64,000 bases of DNA from Terrimicrobiaceae bacterium (GTDB lineage Bacteria; Verrucomicrobiota; Verrucomicrobiia; Chthoniobacterales; Terrimicrobiaceae): NCBI GenBank assembly GCA_041752695.1, contig JBGSVZ010000068.1, positions 23,242 to 87,241 of the forward strand, read 5' to 3'. Shown in pieces: positions 28,866 to 39,840 of the stretch (position 1 is its first letter; each line of letters starts with the position of its first letter). Made by a program: the position numbers and the translations under genes. Under the pieces are notes generated by a model. The model was given only the letters and a program-made list of their open reading frames with translations, did no database searches and was not told the DNA's origin.

Positions 28866-30524
28866 TTATCTTCCCAGTCTCAGCTTCCGCTGCGCCTGAT
28901 AGAGGTTGGGTGGAGTGGGAACCTTTCCTTCGTCCGCGATGATGGTTCCCTTTTCCCCTTTGGGCATTCCAGGAGCGGCAGCGGTGGAGATCCCGGCCCC
29001 GCGGATTCCGACGAGCAGGCCCATCGGCAGGGCTTCGGGCATGTTGACGAATTCGCCGGGGTCTTTGCGCGGTGAGTTTTTGATATCGATGTTCCAGTGG
29101 ACCACCCTCGCTCCCAGGAAGGGCCCGGCCTGACCCGCACCGCCCGGACCGTCAGCATCATTAGCCAGCGTGATTTCTGTGCGGATGAGATCAAAGGAGA
29201 GGCCCCTGTGCGAGTCGAAGACGCCCTTCGTCATCCGCCCCCTGCTGTACACGTTTCCGCTGGAGAGCCACTCGATGTTAATCCCGTGTTTCACCCGCTG
29301 CGGGCCGTCAATGACAAAGTTTTCCACGAGGTTGTCGTGAGAATTGACACGGATGGCGATGGAGTGGTGGTTTTGGCTCGGCCCGCTAATGGTCAGATTA
29401 TCCACGGTGACGTTTTTTGCCGCCGCGAGGATCACGGGATTTTCAGCGTTCACAATTTCCACATTCCTGACCCAACAGTTAAGCGCGCGATTGGCGCACA
29501 CTCCATTCCAGCCGACGCACGCCAGGTGCTCGTGGGTGGCCGGTGCCTGCAGAACAAGCTTCAAGTTTTCGACGCCTACTTCCTCCACGCTGGAGCCAAG
29601 CTCCCGGAAAGCGACTTTCCACTCGGGACGGATGTCAACCCGCAAAGGTTGGGCAAGCGTCACAGTGTTCCCCTGCACAGCTTTGATCTCCACCGGCCAC
29701 TGCCATTGAGAATATCCCGGAGGCAGGATCCAGGTGGCGCTTTTCCAGTCGTAGGTATCCATCAAGGGATGGCCGGCAATCGTTTTCAATAAGGAGAAAT
29801 CGGACGGATTTTCCCAGGTCATGAGCACCGTCGCTCCGGCCTTGAGCCCCGCCGCGGACACGACTTTCACCGTCATATCCCCGCGTTTGGCGTCTCCGTT
29901 CACGGTCGCGAGTTCCTTGCCCGGGTGCCAATACTCCCAGCCCTGCACGGGCCCCTCGCCGTTCACGACCTTACCATTGGAATCAAAGGTGTCGGGTGAT
30001 CCGATCCAGATCAGTCCTCCGCACCAGGACCACTGCGATTTTCCCTGGTTCTTAAGGGGGCTGACTGCGGCATCGAGAGGTTGTTGAAAGGCAATCGTCG
30101 TCTTGTCCGGGCCTTCGCCCCGCAACACCACTCCGCTGTCTTTAAGGTGCAGCATGCCTGAAACCTTGTAGGTTCCGGCGGGAACAAGAACCGCGCCCCG
30201 CTTCTCTCCAGCCGTTTTGATTGCGGCTTGAAAAGCGGCGGTGTCATCGGCGGAACCATCGCCCTTCGCACCAAGCTGTCGGACGTTGGCGACCACGGCC
30301 GGTGTGGGTATCGGTGACTCGCCACGGCGATATCCCGCGAACGAATTGTTCGGCATGTTGGGCTGAATGTTGGGCGCCTTTGCATAGGCCTGCCACAGCG
30401 CCTCGCTGGTGAATTGGGCGGGCGCCCAAGAAGTGGCTAGCGCGGTTGCCAAAACAAATTCAGGGAGAAAATTTGCGCGGGGTTTCCGCGGAAGATGCCG
30501 CGGGCTGGGAGTCGGATTTGCCAT
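28866..30524 (-). CDS. Secreted right-handed beta-helix enzyme (Pectate_lyase_3 / GH28-related)
   Basis: NVRQLGAKGDGSADDTAAFQAAI...GAVLVPAGTY...SGVVLRGEG; Asn-ladder repeats NCWVRNV, HDNLVENF, GNVYS. Confidence 0.85.
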   Translation of the reverse strand: MANPTPSPRHLPRKPRANFLPEFVLATALATSWAPAQFTSEALWQAYAKAPNIQPNMPNNSFAGYRRGESPIPTPAVVANVRQLGAKGDGSADDTAAFQAAIKTAGEKRGAVLVPAGTYKVSGMLHLKDSGVVLRGEGPDKTTIAFQQPLDAAVSPLKNQGKSQWSWCGGLIWIGSPDTFDSNGKVVNGEGPVQGWEYWHPGKELATVNGDAKRGDMTVKVVSAAGLKAGATVLMTWENPSDFSLLKTIAGHPLMDTYDWKSATWILPPGYSQWQWPVEIKAVQGNTVTLAQPLRVDIRPEWKVAFRELGSSVEEVGVENLKLVLQAPATHEHLACVGWNGVCANRALNCWVRNVEIVNAENPVILAAAKNVTVDNLTISGPSQNHHSIAIRVNSHDNLVENFVIDGPQRVKHGINIEWLSSGNVYSRGRMTKGVFDSHRGLSFDLIRTEITLANDADGPGGAGQAGPFLGARVVHWNIDIKNSPRKDPGEFVNMPEALPMGLLVGIRGAGISTAAAPGMPKGEKGTIIADEGKVPTPPNLYQAQRKLRLGR

Positions 30525-30697
30525 AGGGGATTGCTGGATTCAAAGTTTGCCTCAGGGCTGAGCAAGATGTTGCCCAGGAGCGAGGAGGAATGTTTTTCGA
30601 CGGCAGGATGACGGCTTTGAGCAGACAGAGTAAATCCGCTTTTGCGGGTGTCTTTTCCTGCATCGCGCATGTCCAAAGTAAATGGGGTGTCACTGCG

Positions 30698-32092
30698 TTA
30701 AGTTAGGTGCCCCCGTGCAGGGGCGGGCTCCAAGCATGCTCCGTTGGTACGGATCACCTCCGCGTACCAGCGTGAAGAATCTTTTGGCGTTCGCTTCCCG
30801 GTCGCGTAGTCCACATGCACGAGGCCGAACCGTTCTCGGTATCCGTGGTCCCACTCAAAGTTGTCGAGGAGCGACCAGTGGAGGTAGCCGAGGACCTCAA
30901 CGCCGTCGGTGATGGCTTTTTTTAATTCGATCAAATGCCGATGAGTAAAATCGATCCTCTGCGGATCGTGAACCCCGCCGTCGAGTGATACCCAATCGGT
31001 ATTTGACATGCCGTTTTCCGTGATCAACACCGGTATTTGATAGCGATCGAAAAAGAAGCGCGGTCCCCAACGGAGGATGGTCGGAGTGATTGGCCAGCGG
31101 AATGCTGTGTGCGGGTGCCCCGGGGGTTCGATGACGCGTTCCACTTGTCCATCCGCTCCGCGCCGGACCGTCGTCGCGCTGTAAAGATTTAATCCGCAGA
31201 AATCCAAGGGCTGCCCGATCGTCTCCATGTCGCCGGACCGGATCTCCGGGACATCGTTCCCGAACCATTTCAATCCCTCTTCCGGATATTCTCCCCAGAG
31301 CATGGGGTCGCTCCACCATGTGTTGTTCCAGAAATGATTCCACGGTCCACTTTGTGGAAAGGAGAACGTTGCTTCTCGAGCGGCGGCAATGTCGTCGGGA
31401 GAATCCGTTTCGGGAATGCTAATCACCCCCACCGGGGCGCAACCGATCCTGCATGGCTGTTTTGATCGGGCGCGGATCACCTGCACGGCCTTGCCGTGCG
31501 CCAGTAAGGCATTGTGTCCGGCGCTCAGCATGGCGGCGTTGCTGAGTTGTAGTCCTGGCGGTTGTGACCCGGTCGAGTGCCCGAATCCGACAAAACATTG
31601 TGGCTCGTTGAGGGTCAGCCAGTCGGTCACCCGGTCGGAAAAGCGGTCGACGACGACCGCCGCGTAATCGGCGAACCAATCGGAACTGTCGCGGTTGAGC
31701 CAGCCGCCTCGGCAGAACAACTCCTGCGGGTAGTCCCAGTGGAACAGGGTGCCAAGTGGACGGATGCCGGCTTCCAGTAGTCCGTCCACCAATCGGTCGT
31801 AAAATGCGAGTCCCTTGTCATTGGCCGAACCGGTGCCCCGGGGCAATATCCGCGGCCAGGCAAAGGAAAATCTATAGATCTGGAGACCAATCTCCCTCAT
31901 TAGTTCCAGATCTTCCGCCCAGCGATGAAAATGATCCGCCGCAACCTCGCCGGTATGTCCCTGCCATACGGCACCAGGTTTCCGACAGAATATATCGATC
32001 ACCGAAGCGCCCCGGCCATCTTCTTTCGTCGCCCCTTCAATTTGATACGCTGATGTTGAGGCTCCCCAAGTAAAGACTTTTGGAAAATGCAT
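30698..32092 (-). CDS. GH1 beta-glucosidase
   Basis: FTWGASTSAYQIEG, YRFSFAWPRI, TLNEP (acid/base), ITENG (nucleophile), WSLLDNFEW. Confidence 0.96.
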   Translation of the reverse strand: MHFPKVFTWGASTSAYQIEGATKEDGRGASVIDIFCRKPGAVWQGHTGEVAADHFHRWAEDLELMREIGLQIYRFSFAWPRILPRGTGSANDKGLAFYDRLVDGLLEAGIRPLGTLFHWDYPQELFCRGGWLNRDSSDWFADYAAVVVDRFSDRVTDWLTLNEPQCFVGFGHSTGSQPPGLQLSNAAMLSAGHNALLAHGKAVQVIRARSKQPCRIGCAPVGVISIPETDSPDDIAAAREATFSFPQSGPWNHFWNNTWWSDPMLWGEYPEEGLKWFGNDVPEIRSGDMETIGQPLDFCGLNLYSATTVRRGADGQVERVIEPPGHPHTAFRWPITPTILRWGPRFFFDRYQIPVLITENGMSNTDWVSLDGGVHDPQRIDFTHRHLIELKKAITDGVEVLGYLHWSLLDNFEWDHGYRERFGLVHVDYATGKRTPKDSSRWYAEVIRTNGACLEPAPARGHLT

Positions 32093-32107
32093 GAAAATCA
32101 AGACGAG

Positions 32108-33112
32108 CTACAGTGGCCCGAACTCTTCCGAGAGATTTTCCGCGAGGGCGCGGTTGGCTTCCCGGGTGCGTCCGGCGTTGTGCGGGGTGTGAATGACATG
32201 CGCGCATTGCAGAAGTGGATCTTCGGCGGGAAGGGGCTCCACATCAAAAACATCCGACGCCAATGCCAGTTCCCCCGCGATTACCCGGCGACGAAGCGCG
32301 GTCATGTCGCAGATCTCGGCTCTCGTCACCATGACGACTAAACTGCCCCGCGGAAGGCGGTCGATGTGCTCGGCGGTAATCAAACCTCTCGTGGCCGACA
32401 CCAGTGGCATCATGGGGGCGAAGATTTCGGCATCCGGCAAAAGTTGCTCCAGCGCTTTCACGCGCTTCGTTCCGGCCCGATGGAAACAGGGATCCGGAGC
32501 CAGGGGATCCCAGGCCGCGACTTCCGCACCCAGCATATTTGCATAACTGGAAAAGCGGCTGCCGATATTTCCCATGCCGACTACTCTCACCCGTTTGCCG
32601 GAGATCGTCCCGTTGACAAATCGCGGGTCGTCGCCGAATTGCTGGCCTCGGCCGCCGGGTCGGCCTGTCCCATCCGGGGGCGCATAATCCCAGGCTCGAA
32701 AATCGGCCCGGCGCACTGCCTCGTGCGTCTGCGGGATACGACGAAGCGCGCAAAGCACTAGCCCGAGGGCAAACTCGGAAACGGATTGCCCCCAGAAGCC
32801 TTGCCCGCGGGCCTCCACGACCGCAACGCCTCTGGCCCGGACATTTTCGATCCAGGCTTCATCCGCATTGGGCGGGCGACTGACGGTCGTCAAGTCCGGG
32901 AAATCTTTCAGTTCATCGGGAGCTACAGGAACTCCCAGCAACGCTAACCGGGCAATTCCGGACGTGTTGCCTAAACGGCCTCCAAACGGACCGCTCGATC
33001 GGATAAATTCGACCCTCCCTTGCTGTGTCCAGATTGCCTGCAAGTCATCGGCCACAAATGGCCATTCGGCATCAAAATCAGGGTGGACAAGAATAGCGCT
33101 GCGTCGGTTCAT
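32108..33112 (-). CDS. D-2-hydroxyacid dehydrogenase family protein
   Basis: SVSEFALG, GMGNIG, SDVFDVEPLP, HTPHNAG. ATGA overlap with the upstream gene. Confidence 0.88.
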   Translation of the reverse strand: MNRRSAILVHPDFDAEWPFVADDLQAIWTQQGRVEFIRSSGPFGGRLGNTSGIARLALLGVPVAPDELKDFPDLTTVSRPPNADEAWIENVRARGVAVVEARGQGFWGQSVSEFALGLVLCALRRIPQTHEAVRRADFRAWDYAPPDGTGRPGGRGQQFGDDPRFVNGTISGKRVRVVGMGNIGSRFSSYANMLGAEVAAWDPLAPDPCFHRAGTKRVKALEQLLPDAEIFAPMMPLVSATRGLITAEHIDRLPRGSLVVMVTRAEICDMTALRRRVIAGELALASDVFDVEPLPAEDPLLQCAHVIHTPHNAGRTREANRALAENLSEEFGPL

Positions 33113-33936
33113 AAAGCATAATTTCGCCAAAGAGTTTCCGCTCCCGCATTATCCAAAAAATTGTCGCAGGATACCAGGCGGTAGCGCTGCAGGCATTCCT
33201 CCCCGGGCGCGAGTTTCCATTCACCGGCAATGCAACGTCCAGGCCCTACCCCTAACTGATAGTCGACCCGCCAGGGCACCGGATGGCCCGGATTCAAAGG
33301 ATGATCCATCAAGATAAAACCATGAGGGACGTTGTCGGGAGCCAGCGGCATCCGCACCCGCACCCAACGGGCCGGAGCGCCCTCGCAGTTCTCACCGGTT
33401 GCTCCCTCGCTGTTTTCGACCTCTCCCCCGTGCTCGGAACGGTAGGGCATCCGGAGAAAAAGTCCGCCATAGTCATAGCGTCCGAAATGGACGGCGATCT
33501 CGGCATGCAAAGTCCATGAGAGATCGAGCACCAGCCGGTTGTCGGCAAGAGCAACCCTCCAGGACTGACTTTCCTTGAGGATGCAATCGCCGGTAGGAGT
33601 CAAATAATCGACACACAGCGTCACGTCCGTGGTGTCATGGTCTGACACCACCAGCGAAGCGGGAGAAGACCGAAAACGGCCTGTCACCTCCGGGGACAAT
33701 CCTGCTTTTCCTTCGCACCAGAAATCCAGGCCGTTGACGGCGTTCAGCCCGATATAAAGACCGTGCTGCCAAGGGTGATGTGGAGGTGCATCTTCGGTCA
33801 AAACGGAGCCGGTCCCGGGGACCGTAATCGGATGGAGATACGGCCGGTTTTCGGGGTTGAAAGGAAAGCCGACGAGCGTATGCCCGTTGCCATCCCGAAC
33901 GTCGAGCCCAAGAGAGGAATGAACCGCTTGCAACAT
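33109..33936 (-). CDS. PmoA-like/DUF6807 beta-sandwich protein found in sugar loci (not a methane monooxygenase)
   Basis: RPYLHPI, DAPPHHPWQHGL, VNGLDFW, YGGLFLRM, DHPLNP, PWRV. No TM helices. Confidence 0.75.
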   Translation of the reverse strand: MLQAVHSSLGLDVRDGNGHTLVGFPFNPENRPYLHPITVPGTGSVLTEDAPPHHPWQHGLYIGLNAVNGLDFWCEGKAGLSPEVTGRFRSSPASLVVSDHDTTDVTLCVDYLTPTGDCILKESQSWRVALADNRLVLDLSWTLHAEIAVHFGRYDYGGLFLRMPYRSEHGGEVENSEGATGENCEGAPARWVRVRMPLAPDNVPHGFILMDHPLNPGHPVPWRVDYQLGVGPGRCIAGEWKLAPGEECLQRYRLVSCDNFLDNAGAETLWRNYAL

Positions 33937-34017
33937 AAAGTAGAACTATTTGCTAACTGCCTGCCTGGCTAAGCGGAGGGCAGAGGTGCTGATAGAAATG
34001 GACATAAACAATGAAGG

Positions 34018-34617
34018 CTACGGTCGAAAGAGTCGCAACGACCCATTCAGCGGATCGATTTGGACCGTGGCAAAGTTTGCGGGAGGGCTGCTGCCTGTCC
34101 CGGGCTTGTTCGCACTGCGCACGGTGACGTACCATTTTCCGGTGGGGCTGAGGTCGGTGGAGGCATCGGAATTCAAAATAAAGGACCGATAGGTGTAATT
34201 GATTCCGGCGACAGGAATAGGAGTGGTGGAACTCCGTTCCGGGCCCGTAAGGAGGGAAGAGAGCGTGGGATTGGTTTCGATGACGGCCATCTTGGGCAAA
34301 GCGACCACTTTCGTCAGTGGCCGAGCCACACTTTGGGAATCCATCTGGAAAATCTGGATCCCGCGATATTCCCCTCCGGCGGTGCCCCCGGGTAAGCTGG
34401 GATCTTCATACCGCAAAAAGCGGACCTCGGTTTTCCGACTGTTGGCCACAGCCTTTTGCCGCGCAAAACTGATCTGGGCGGCAATCGTTTCCGCCGCATC
34501 GGAAATGCTCCTCCCCGTCAGGACCGAGTTGAGGGCTGGAACTGCCAGAACGGTGAGAATGCCGATCAAAGAAATGACGACCAAAAGCTCAACCAGACTG
34601 AAAGCTTGTTGTTTCAT
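34018..34617 (-). CDS. Verru_Chthon cassette protein D (pilin-like)
   Basis: Prepilin-type AFSLVELLVV with E5; ARQKAV...TEVRF; NFATVQIDPLNG. Confidence 0.88.
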   Translation of the reverse strand: MKQQAFSLVELLVVISLIGILTVLAVPALNSVLTGRSISDAAETIAAQISFARQKAVANSRKTEVRFLRYEDPSLPGGTAGGEYRGIQIFQMDSQSVARPLTKVVALPKMAVIETNPTLSSLLTGPERSSTTPIPVAGINYTYRSFILNSDASTDLSPTGKWYVTVRSANKPGTGSSPPANFATVQIDPLNGSLRLFRP

Positions 34618-37600
34618 GGGTCAAATCGCTTCGTGCCGACCACACGGAACCTGTAGTAGGTGTCCAAATTGTAGCGCTCACCTGCGTCGGGATATTTTGT
34701 GGAATTTCCACCCGTGGCGGTGATGAAATCCGGCAGATCCGGATCGCTGGCGTCCACGTAGCGTTCAAGTTGGGTGGATCCGCGATACTCGGAAACCACA
34801 GATTCCTTGGCCTCGTTCCAGCCATCAACAGGAGTGGAGGCAGACGCGGGACTCTTTTTCAAGGCCTGGACTTTGTAATGTATGGTGAACGAGTTCGATT
34901 TTGTCGTCATACGCGGATAGATCTGGTTGTAAGGCGACTCGCGCACGTTATCCCCTGTCAGCTTGTAGTTGTCCCACCATGAAGAGATGTTGGCGTACGA
35001 TGGGTCGGTTCCTCCCGTGTCTTTGGGCACGAGAAAAATACCGCAGATTTCCGCGGCGGAGCGGAAAATGTCGCCTGTGGCAAAGCGGTTCTCAAATCCT
35101 TTGAGGGTGCCCGTGGCTTCGTCGAGATTGAGGCTAAATCGCGTCTTGACGTCGGGAATCCCAGCAGAGGCATTGGGATCCGTCTTTTTATATTGGGTTG
35201 CGCCATCGGCGGTTGTCAAAATGGTGGCAATGGCGCCAAGCTGAACAGACTTGAGAACTCCCCGCACGGCCGTGCTTCTGGAGATGTTTGTAAACGGCAT
35301 GATCTGATAGTTGAGATTGACTTTCCCAGCCGTGGAGAGCGGCTCACTAATGGCGTAGGGCTCCACAATCGGCATGGTGAATAAATCAAGCATTAAATAG
35401 TCCTTCGGATCCTTGAAGCCGTAATGATCCGCCGCCGTTGAACCTTTCGAGGCTGGATTGGCGCAGAACAATAGGGTTTGCCAAGGCTGGAGGTCACCGG
35501 TGGCGTTGGGGGTGGGAAGGGAGCCAAACATTAAGGCGGAAGCGACCTGACGATTGGGGGAAAAGCTCGTGAGTGCGTTGTTATTGCTGGTCGTTTGCGT
35601 CCAATACCCCCCGGTTCCATCTCCGGCATTAAGATTTCCGGGATCCGGTTTGTTGATATACGGGCCGTCCTGGATGAAGCCTGAACCGCTGTCCCAATCC
35701 CCGGGCTTTCCATTGGACATCAAAGCCGCAAGCGTGCCGTGCGCCGCGACGGGCGTGTCGCCTTGAGAGTAGGTCACGCCCGCCACCAGTCCTCCCGGAA
35801 CCGGAATGCCACCGTTTGAGCCAGCCAGGGTGGAAGCGTTGGACTGGCGATCTTCCACCCCCCACTCGTTCATGACCTGAAGTCCGCCCAGACCATTGTT
35901 TTTGTTATCCCGGTTTTCAAAATTTCCAGCGCCGCGGGCGCCGCTTCCTATGCCGTATTGGTAGTCGCGGTGACTACTGCTGCGCAGACTGGTCGCATAG
36001 CGATTTCGCCGCCCGGCCGCCCATGCTGCATTCTGCGGGGGGTTGGACCCGTTCAGCGCGGTTCGCGCATCCGTGTAGCGCGCTGGGATAAGCGTGTAGT
36101 TTGGATGCGGTCTGAAATAGCTGTCCGGGACTTCGACGTTTCCGGCAATGAGACGTAAATCCCCATTTATGGGTGCATTCGGGCTCGCTTCAATGCTGCG
36201 CACGATATCACCTTCCCGAATCAAATTGTCGCGGCCGGGTCCTGCCGTGATGCGGTCGTTGTAGTTGTGAGAAATCTCCGTGCCATCGGCGGGGGGGCAG
36301 AAAAGGGAGCCGGAAACAAGAGCACCGTTTGTCATGGCCTGCGGCACCGGCAGGTTATTGATCGGAGGAAAGTCCATCGTGATGGTCTGAAACACTTCTC
36401 CGCTTGTCGCCGTGGCGGGAGATCCCACGCCAGAGCGGATCTTCAATGTCAGGGTCCCGCCGCTAAAATTAAAAGTCGCATTCTCATCGGGAGGCACCGG
36501 CACTTTTGCGCTGTAAAAGGGATACCCTGTGTGCTCGTTGGGATCGAGAATCTTGAATTTATTGTTGTCAGCGCCATTCCCGCCGAACGTCGTAGACTTC
36601 CTCATCGAGCGAAGCACGCCTCCGAAGGCCAGGATTTCGCCCACATCAGAGCTGGCTCCCGCGTCCGCACTCAAGCGATTAACCGCATTGGAAAACGACC
36701 CGCTGCCAAAGGCACCCCCACTTCCTGAAAATGTGGTGATGCTAAACCCGCCGTTGAAGTTCATTTCGTATCGGCAGATGGGAGCCCAGTTGTACATACC
36801 GGGTGTGGGTTGGAAAGGTTGAGTCACCAGTATGGCCTGCATTTCCGTGGTGAGCGGTGGCTTGAAAGGAGCCACGTTTGGGGGACCGAGAGGGTTTGCC
36901 TTGGTCTTGGTAGCAAAAAATATGATCGCAGCCTGGGTGACGGTGCTGAAGCGCCCATACCCTTTTGTGTCGCCATTGCCGGCATTAACTTTGAGGGGAA
37001 CGATAAACCGTTCGCCGTTCAGTCGAGAGCTATCACGCAGGGTCGTAAAATGATAACCACCGGGTAACCCGGACGGCATTGTGTTGAGTCCACTTCGCAT
37101 GAGGTCGATCATCGAGGTCAGAACCCGGTCGCGTCCCAGGGCCGTCCACTTTGCCTCGAAGTTGCCCCCGAAACCCGGGATGTTTTCCGCCGTTTTCTGT
37201 TGCAGGTATTGGTAGAGTTGCTGATTGCGGGGGATATTATTGAAGTCTAGGGTATTGCTTAGCGCACTGGGAATCTTGGTCAGGTCGGATCCGCTCCATG
37301 CGTCCAGAGTGTTCCAGTCCCCAGGGCCTTCACTGAAACGTTGAAAATAGTAAGGTTTTCCTCCGATCTTCGTGCAGAACTCCAGCAGTTTGTCCTTTGG
37401 ATCGCGGGGAGGGGTTCTGGCCGGATTGACGTCCGTGCCGGCCTGGAGGGGCCAAAGTCCGATGCGGGGCTGATTGTAAAGGTTCACTTCCGGTGCCCGA
37501 CTCAAGGCCGTCAGGAAAAATTTGCTCAGTTCCAGAGACTGCTTCGTCAAGGCCGGCTTGTTGAGTGTCCGGGCCGGGTTGAAAACCAGTTCATCCAGCG

Positions 37601-38756
37601 AGGTGTATAAACGGTCGCCATCCAGAGCCAGATTGATGGAAGTGTCACTGCTCATCGTGACCCGGGTTCCGCCTTGTGAACTGTAGTCGTTTAAGCCCGT
37701 GCTATCAAGATAGGCGACCCGGGGTGTCAGGTCATAATACGCATTAAGTTTGGGAGCGTCGCCGGCAACGAGAGGATCCGGCCGCGGCAACACCCATCCC
37801 AAAGCGGGACTCAGCGAAGTCATGGCCGGATGACCGGGAGCTCTTTGAAATTCGTCCTTGATCGGCATGGAGCGGGCGAGGGCAATTTCCGATTTGATGG
37901 TGGCGCGGGGAACGTCGTAGCTGGTTCCCTCCGAGGCCGTGTTTATGTTCAGTTTGCAGGTTTCATCATCGGTCCAGAATGCGATGCGTCCGACAATCGG
38001 GTTGGTCGTGCTAATGGCGGCCGAAGAGTCGAAGGTAACGATGTCCCCATTCAGTCCGGTTGGGGCAACGACCTTTCCGTCCTGCAACAGATAGAGCCAG
38101 GCCGTGGGCATGGGGACCGGATTGGGTTGCGCCAGAGGATTATAGTTGGCTGCGGGAGGGTACGAGCCTGTGTACCCGGATGGACCGCCCGCTGCGATGG
38201 CAAAGCCCTCGACTTTGCCGATGGCGGAGGGATCGACGATCGGGTAGTTTGCCACATAGGTTTTGCCACTGGCCGCGTCGGGGACGATCCCGCCGCTTGG
38301 ATCGCTCACCAACGCCGGTTGGTTGATGTCTGTGTAGAGGCCCGGGGCATTTTTCCAGTTGGCGTAGGCGGGCAAGTCGGCGGTGGGAGCGAAGGTGGCT
38401 CCGTCCTCGACCATGTTCGCCGCGGAGTAGAGCTTAAAAACGTTACCCTTCAGTCCCTGATCGTTGTAGGTGCGGATCATGCCCGGCTGCGACGCCCAGG
38501 CGAGCTTGGGCGAGGTCGGGTCGCCAGGGTTTGCGGACCCCTTGGTGGCATCCGTGATTTGCGCCATAACAAGTTGAACGGCGGACTCCGCCAACTGCTT
38601 GCTCTGTATGCCTGCGGCGTAGGAATTTGTCGAGGTGAGCTCATTCTTCACCGAGTTCATGAAAACGATGACCATGGTGGAGACGAAGACCAGAATGATC
38701 AGAACCAGCACGAGCGCCATCGCCCGGTGATTGGAAGAATGTCCGCGAGGCTTCAT
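34614..38756 (-). CDS. Verru_Chthon cassette protein A (large, PilX-like N-terminus)
   Basis: About 1380 aa; MALVLVL without E5; WASQPGMIRTY; GRIAFWTDDETCKLNINTA; DLFTMPIVEPYAISEPLSTAGKVNLNYQI; TGDNVRE; EYRGSTQLERY. Confidence 0.92.
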   Translation of the reverse strand: MKPRGHSSNHRAMALVLVLIILVFVSTMVIVFMNSVKNELTSTNSYAAGIQSKQLAESAVQLVMAQITDATKGSANPGDPTSPKLAWASQPGMIRTYNDQGLKGNVFKLYSAANMVEDGATFAPTADLPAYANWKNAPGLYTDINQPALVSDPSGGIVPDAASGKTYVANYPIVDPSAIGKVEGFAIAAGGPSGYTGSYPPAANYNPLAQPNPVPMPTAWLYLLQDGKVVAPTGLNGDIVTFDSSAAISTTNPIVGRIAFWTDDETCKLNINTASEGTSYDVPRATIKSEIALARSMPIKDEFQRAPGHPAMTSLSPALGWVLPRPDPLVAGDAPKLNAYYDLTPRVAYLDSTGLNDYSSQGGTRVTMSSDTSINLALDGDRLYTSLDELVFNPARTLNKPALTKQSLELSKFFLTALSRAPEVNLYNQPRIGLWPLQAGTDVNPARTPPRDPKDKLLEFCTKIGGKPYYFQRFSEGPGDWNTLDAWSGSDLTKIPSALSNTLDFNNIPRNQQLYQYLQQKTAENIPGFGGNFEAKWTALGRDRVLTSMIDLMRSGLNTMPSGLPGGYHFTTLRDSSRLNGERFIVPLKVNAGNGDTKGYGRFSTVTQAAIIFFATKTKANPLGPPNVAPFKPPLTTEMQAILVTQPFQPTPGMYNWAPICRYEMNFNGGFSITTFSGSGGAFGSGSFSNAVNRLSADAGASSDVGEILAFGGVLRSMRKSTTFGGNGADNNKFKILDPNEHTGYPFYSAKVPVPPDENATFNFSGGTLTLKIRSGVGSPATATSGEVFQTITMDFPPINNLPVPQAMTNGALVSGSLFCPPADGTEISHNYNDRITAGPGRDNLIREGDIVRSIEASPNAPINGDLRLIAGNVEVPDSYFRPHPNYTLIPARYTDARTALNGSNPPQNAAWAAGRRNRYATSLRSSSHRDYQYGIGSGARGAGNFENRDNKNNGLGGLQVMNEWGVEDRQSNASTLAGSNGGIPVPGGLVAGVTYSQGDTPVAAHGTLAALMSNGKPGDWDSGSGFIQDGPYINKPDPGNLNAGDGTGGYWTQTTSNNNALTSFSPNRQVASALMFGSLPTPNATGDLQPWQTLLFCANPASKGSTAADHYGFKDPKDYLMLDLFTMPIVEPYAISEPLSTAGKVNLNYQIMPFTNISRSTAVRGVLKSVQLGAIATILTTADGATQYKKTDPNASAGIPDVKTRFSLNLDEATGTLKGFENRFATGDIFRSAAEICGIFLVPKDTGGTDPSYANISSWWDNYKLTGDNVRESPYNQIYPRMTTKSNSFTIHYKVQALKKSPASASTPVDGWNEAKESVVSEYRGSTQLERYVDASDPDLPDFITATGGNSTKYPDAGERYNLDTYYRFRVVGTKRFDP

Positions 38757-38758
38757 GT

Positions 38759-39826
38759 TTATTGGGTTTGAGCCCGGCTCCATTTGGCTGCTTTTACGAT
38801 GACGTTGCTCGTGAAGATTCGATAGTTCAGTTTCTGCGATTGGAGGGTGGCCTCGAGTGTTTTGAGATCCTTGGCATAGCCATTTTGCGCCGGATCAGTG
38901 AGACTGCCTGCCACCTTGAACAAGCTGTCTAGTCCTAGGGCTGGGGCCGCTGTTCCTGATTGAAGTCGCTTGAACGACGTTTCATCCACGGCGACCATGG
39001 TGACTTGAAGCACCGGGGGAAGTTGGTTTTTCCAGTTGGTGTCCGCGTTTACCACCGCGGAATCGTTCTTGTCCGTTTTCGAGGAGTCGTAGCTGTAATC
39101 AGGCGAGAGCTTGGTTCCTGTGCTATCTTCCTGGCCGGAGAGTTTCGGGAGAATGACGAGGGCAATGATGTTTTCCGCCAGCACATGGCTGTTGCTACGG
39201 TTGGCCAGAGGGTTCGTGAACCACTCCCGCGTCTTGTAAAGAGAGCACTTGAGCAGGCCCAAGCTGTTTCTCCCTGAGGTGTATTGATAGAGGGTCATTT
39301 GATCCGAAGGCTCCATCAATTCCATGAGCCGATAGCGATACCGTAGGGGCGAGATGGAGGGGGTGAGAAAATCCGGCCGTGAAGCCGTGTCCCCGTCGAA
39401 TTCAATGTAGTATCCCCAAGTATTCAAAAGACTCTCGAGTCCTCCGAAAGCCGGAGAGTCGGAAACAAATCCCAAGGGAGCCTGGAAAAAGACGCTGTGG
39501 GTTGGTCTTGGTGGGGAGGAGGAGGCATCTCCAGCTACCCCGGGGCCGCTGATAAACCGGAGTTCAGATTGACGCAAGTAGCGGGTCGGCGCAGAAGCAT
39601 CGTCATAATCCCAATAGGTGTTGAGGGTGGCCTGGCTGAGACGTCTTGTGATAGTTTCAAACGCGGTGCGGGCCGCTCTGAACTGCTCGATTTTTGCCCC
39701 GGCTCGCTGAGTGATGCCAGCAGTCTCATTGGTGATTCCAAGGAGAAGGACGACCAACATCGACAAGAGGGCCATGCCCACCAAAAGCTCGACCAGCGTA
39801 AATGCACTTTTGACAGATCGTGCCAT
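38759..39826 (-). CDS. Verru_Chthon cassette protein C (pilin-like)
   Basis: AFTLVELLV; LSQATLNTYWDY; YLRQSELRF; FFQAPLG; LLNTWGYYIEF; LAENIIAL; NQLPPVLQVTMVAVDE. Confidence 0.92.
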   Translation of the reverse strand: MARSVKSAFTLVELLVGMALLSMLVVLLLGITNETAGITQRAGAKIEQFRAARTAFETITRRLSQATLNTYWDYDDASAPTRYLRQSELRFISGPGVAGDASSSPPRPTHSVFFQAPLGFVSDSPAFGGLESLLNTWGYYIEFDGDTASRPDFLTPSISPLRYRYRLMELMEPSDQMTLYQYTSGRNSLGLLKCSLYKTREWFTNPLANRSNSHVLAENIIALVILPKLSGQEDSTGTKLSPDYSYDSSKTDKNDSAVVNADTNWKNQLPPVLQVTMVAVDETSFKRLQSGTAAPALGLDSLFKVAGSLTDPAQNGYAKDLKTLEATLQSQKLNYRIFTSNVIVKAAKWSRAQTQ

Positions 39827-39840
39827 TTGCTCTCCCTGCT

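Noticed and set aside
33109..33936. Particulate methane monooxygenase subunit
   Set aside because: The protein is soluble and beta-rich with no TM helices, and there is no pmoB/pmoC. The PmoA-like family name is a known misnomer for these sugar-locus proteins.
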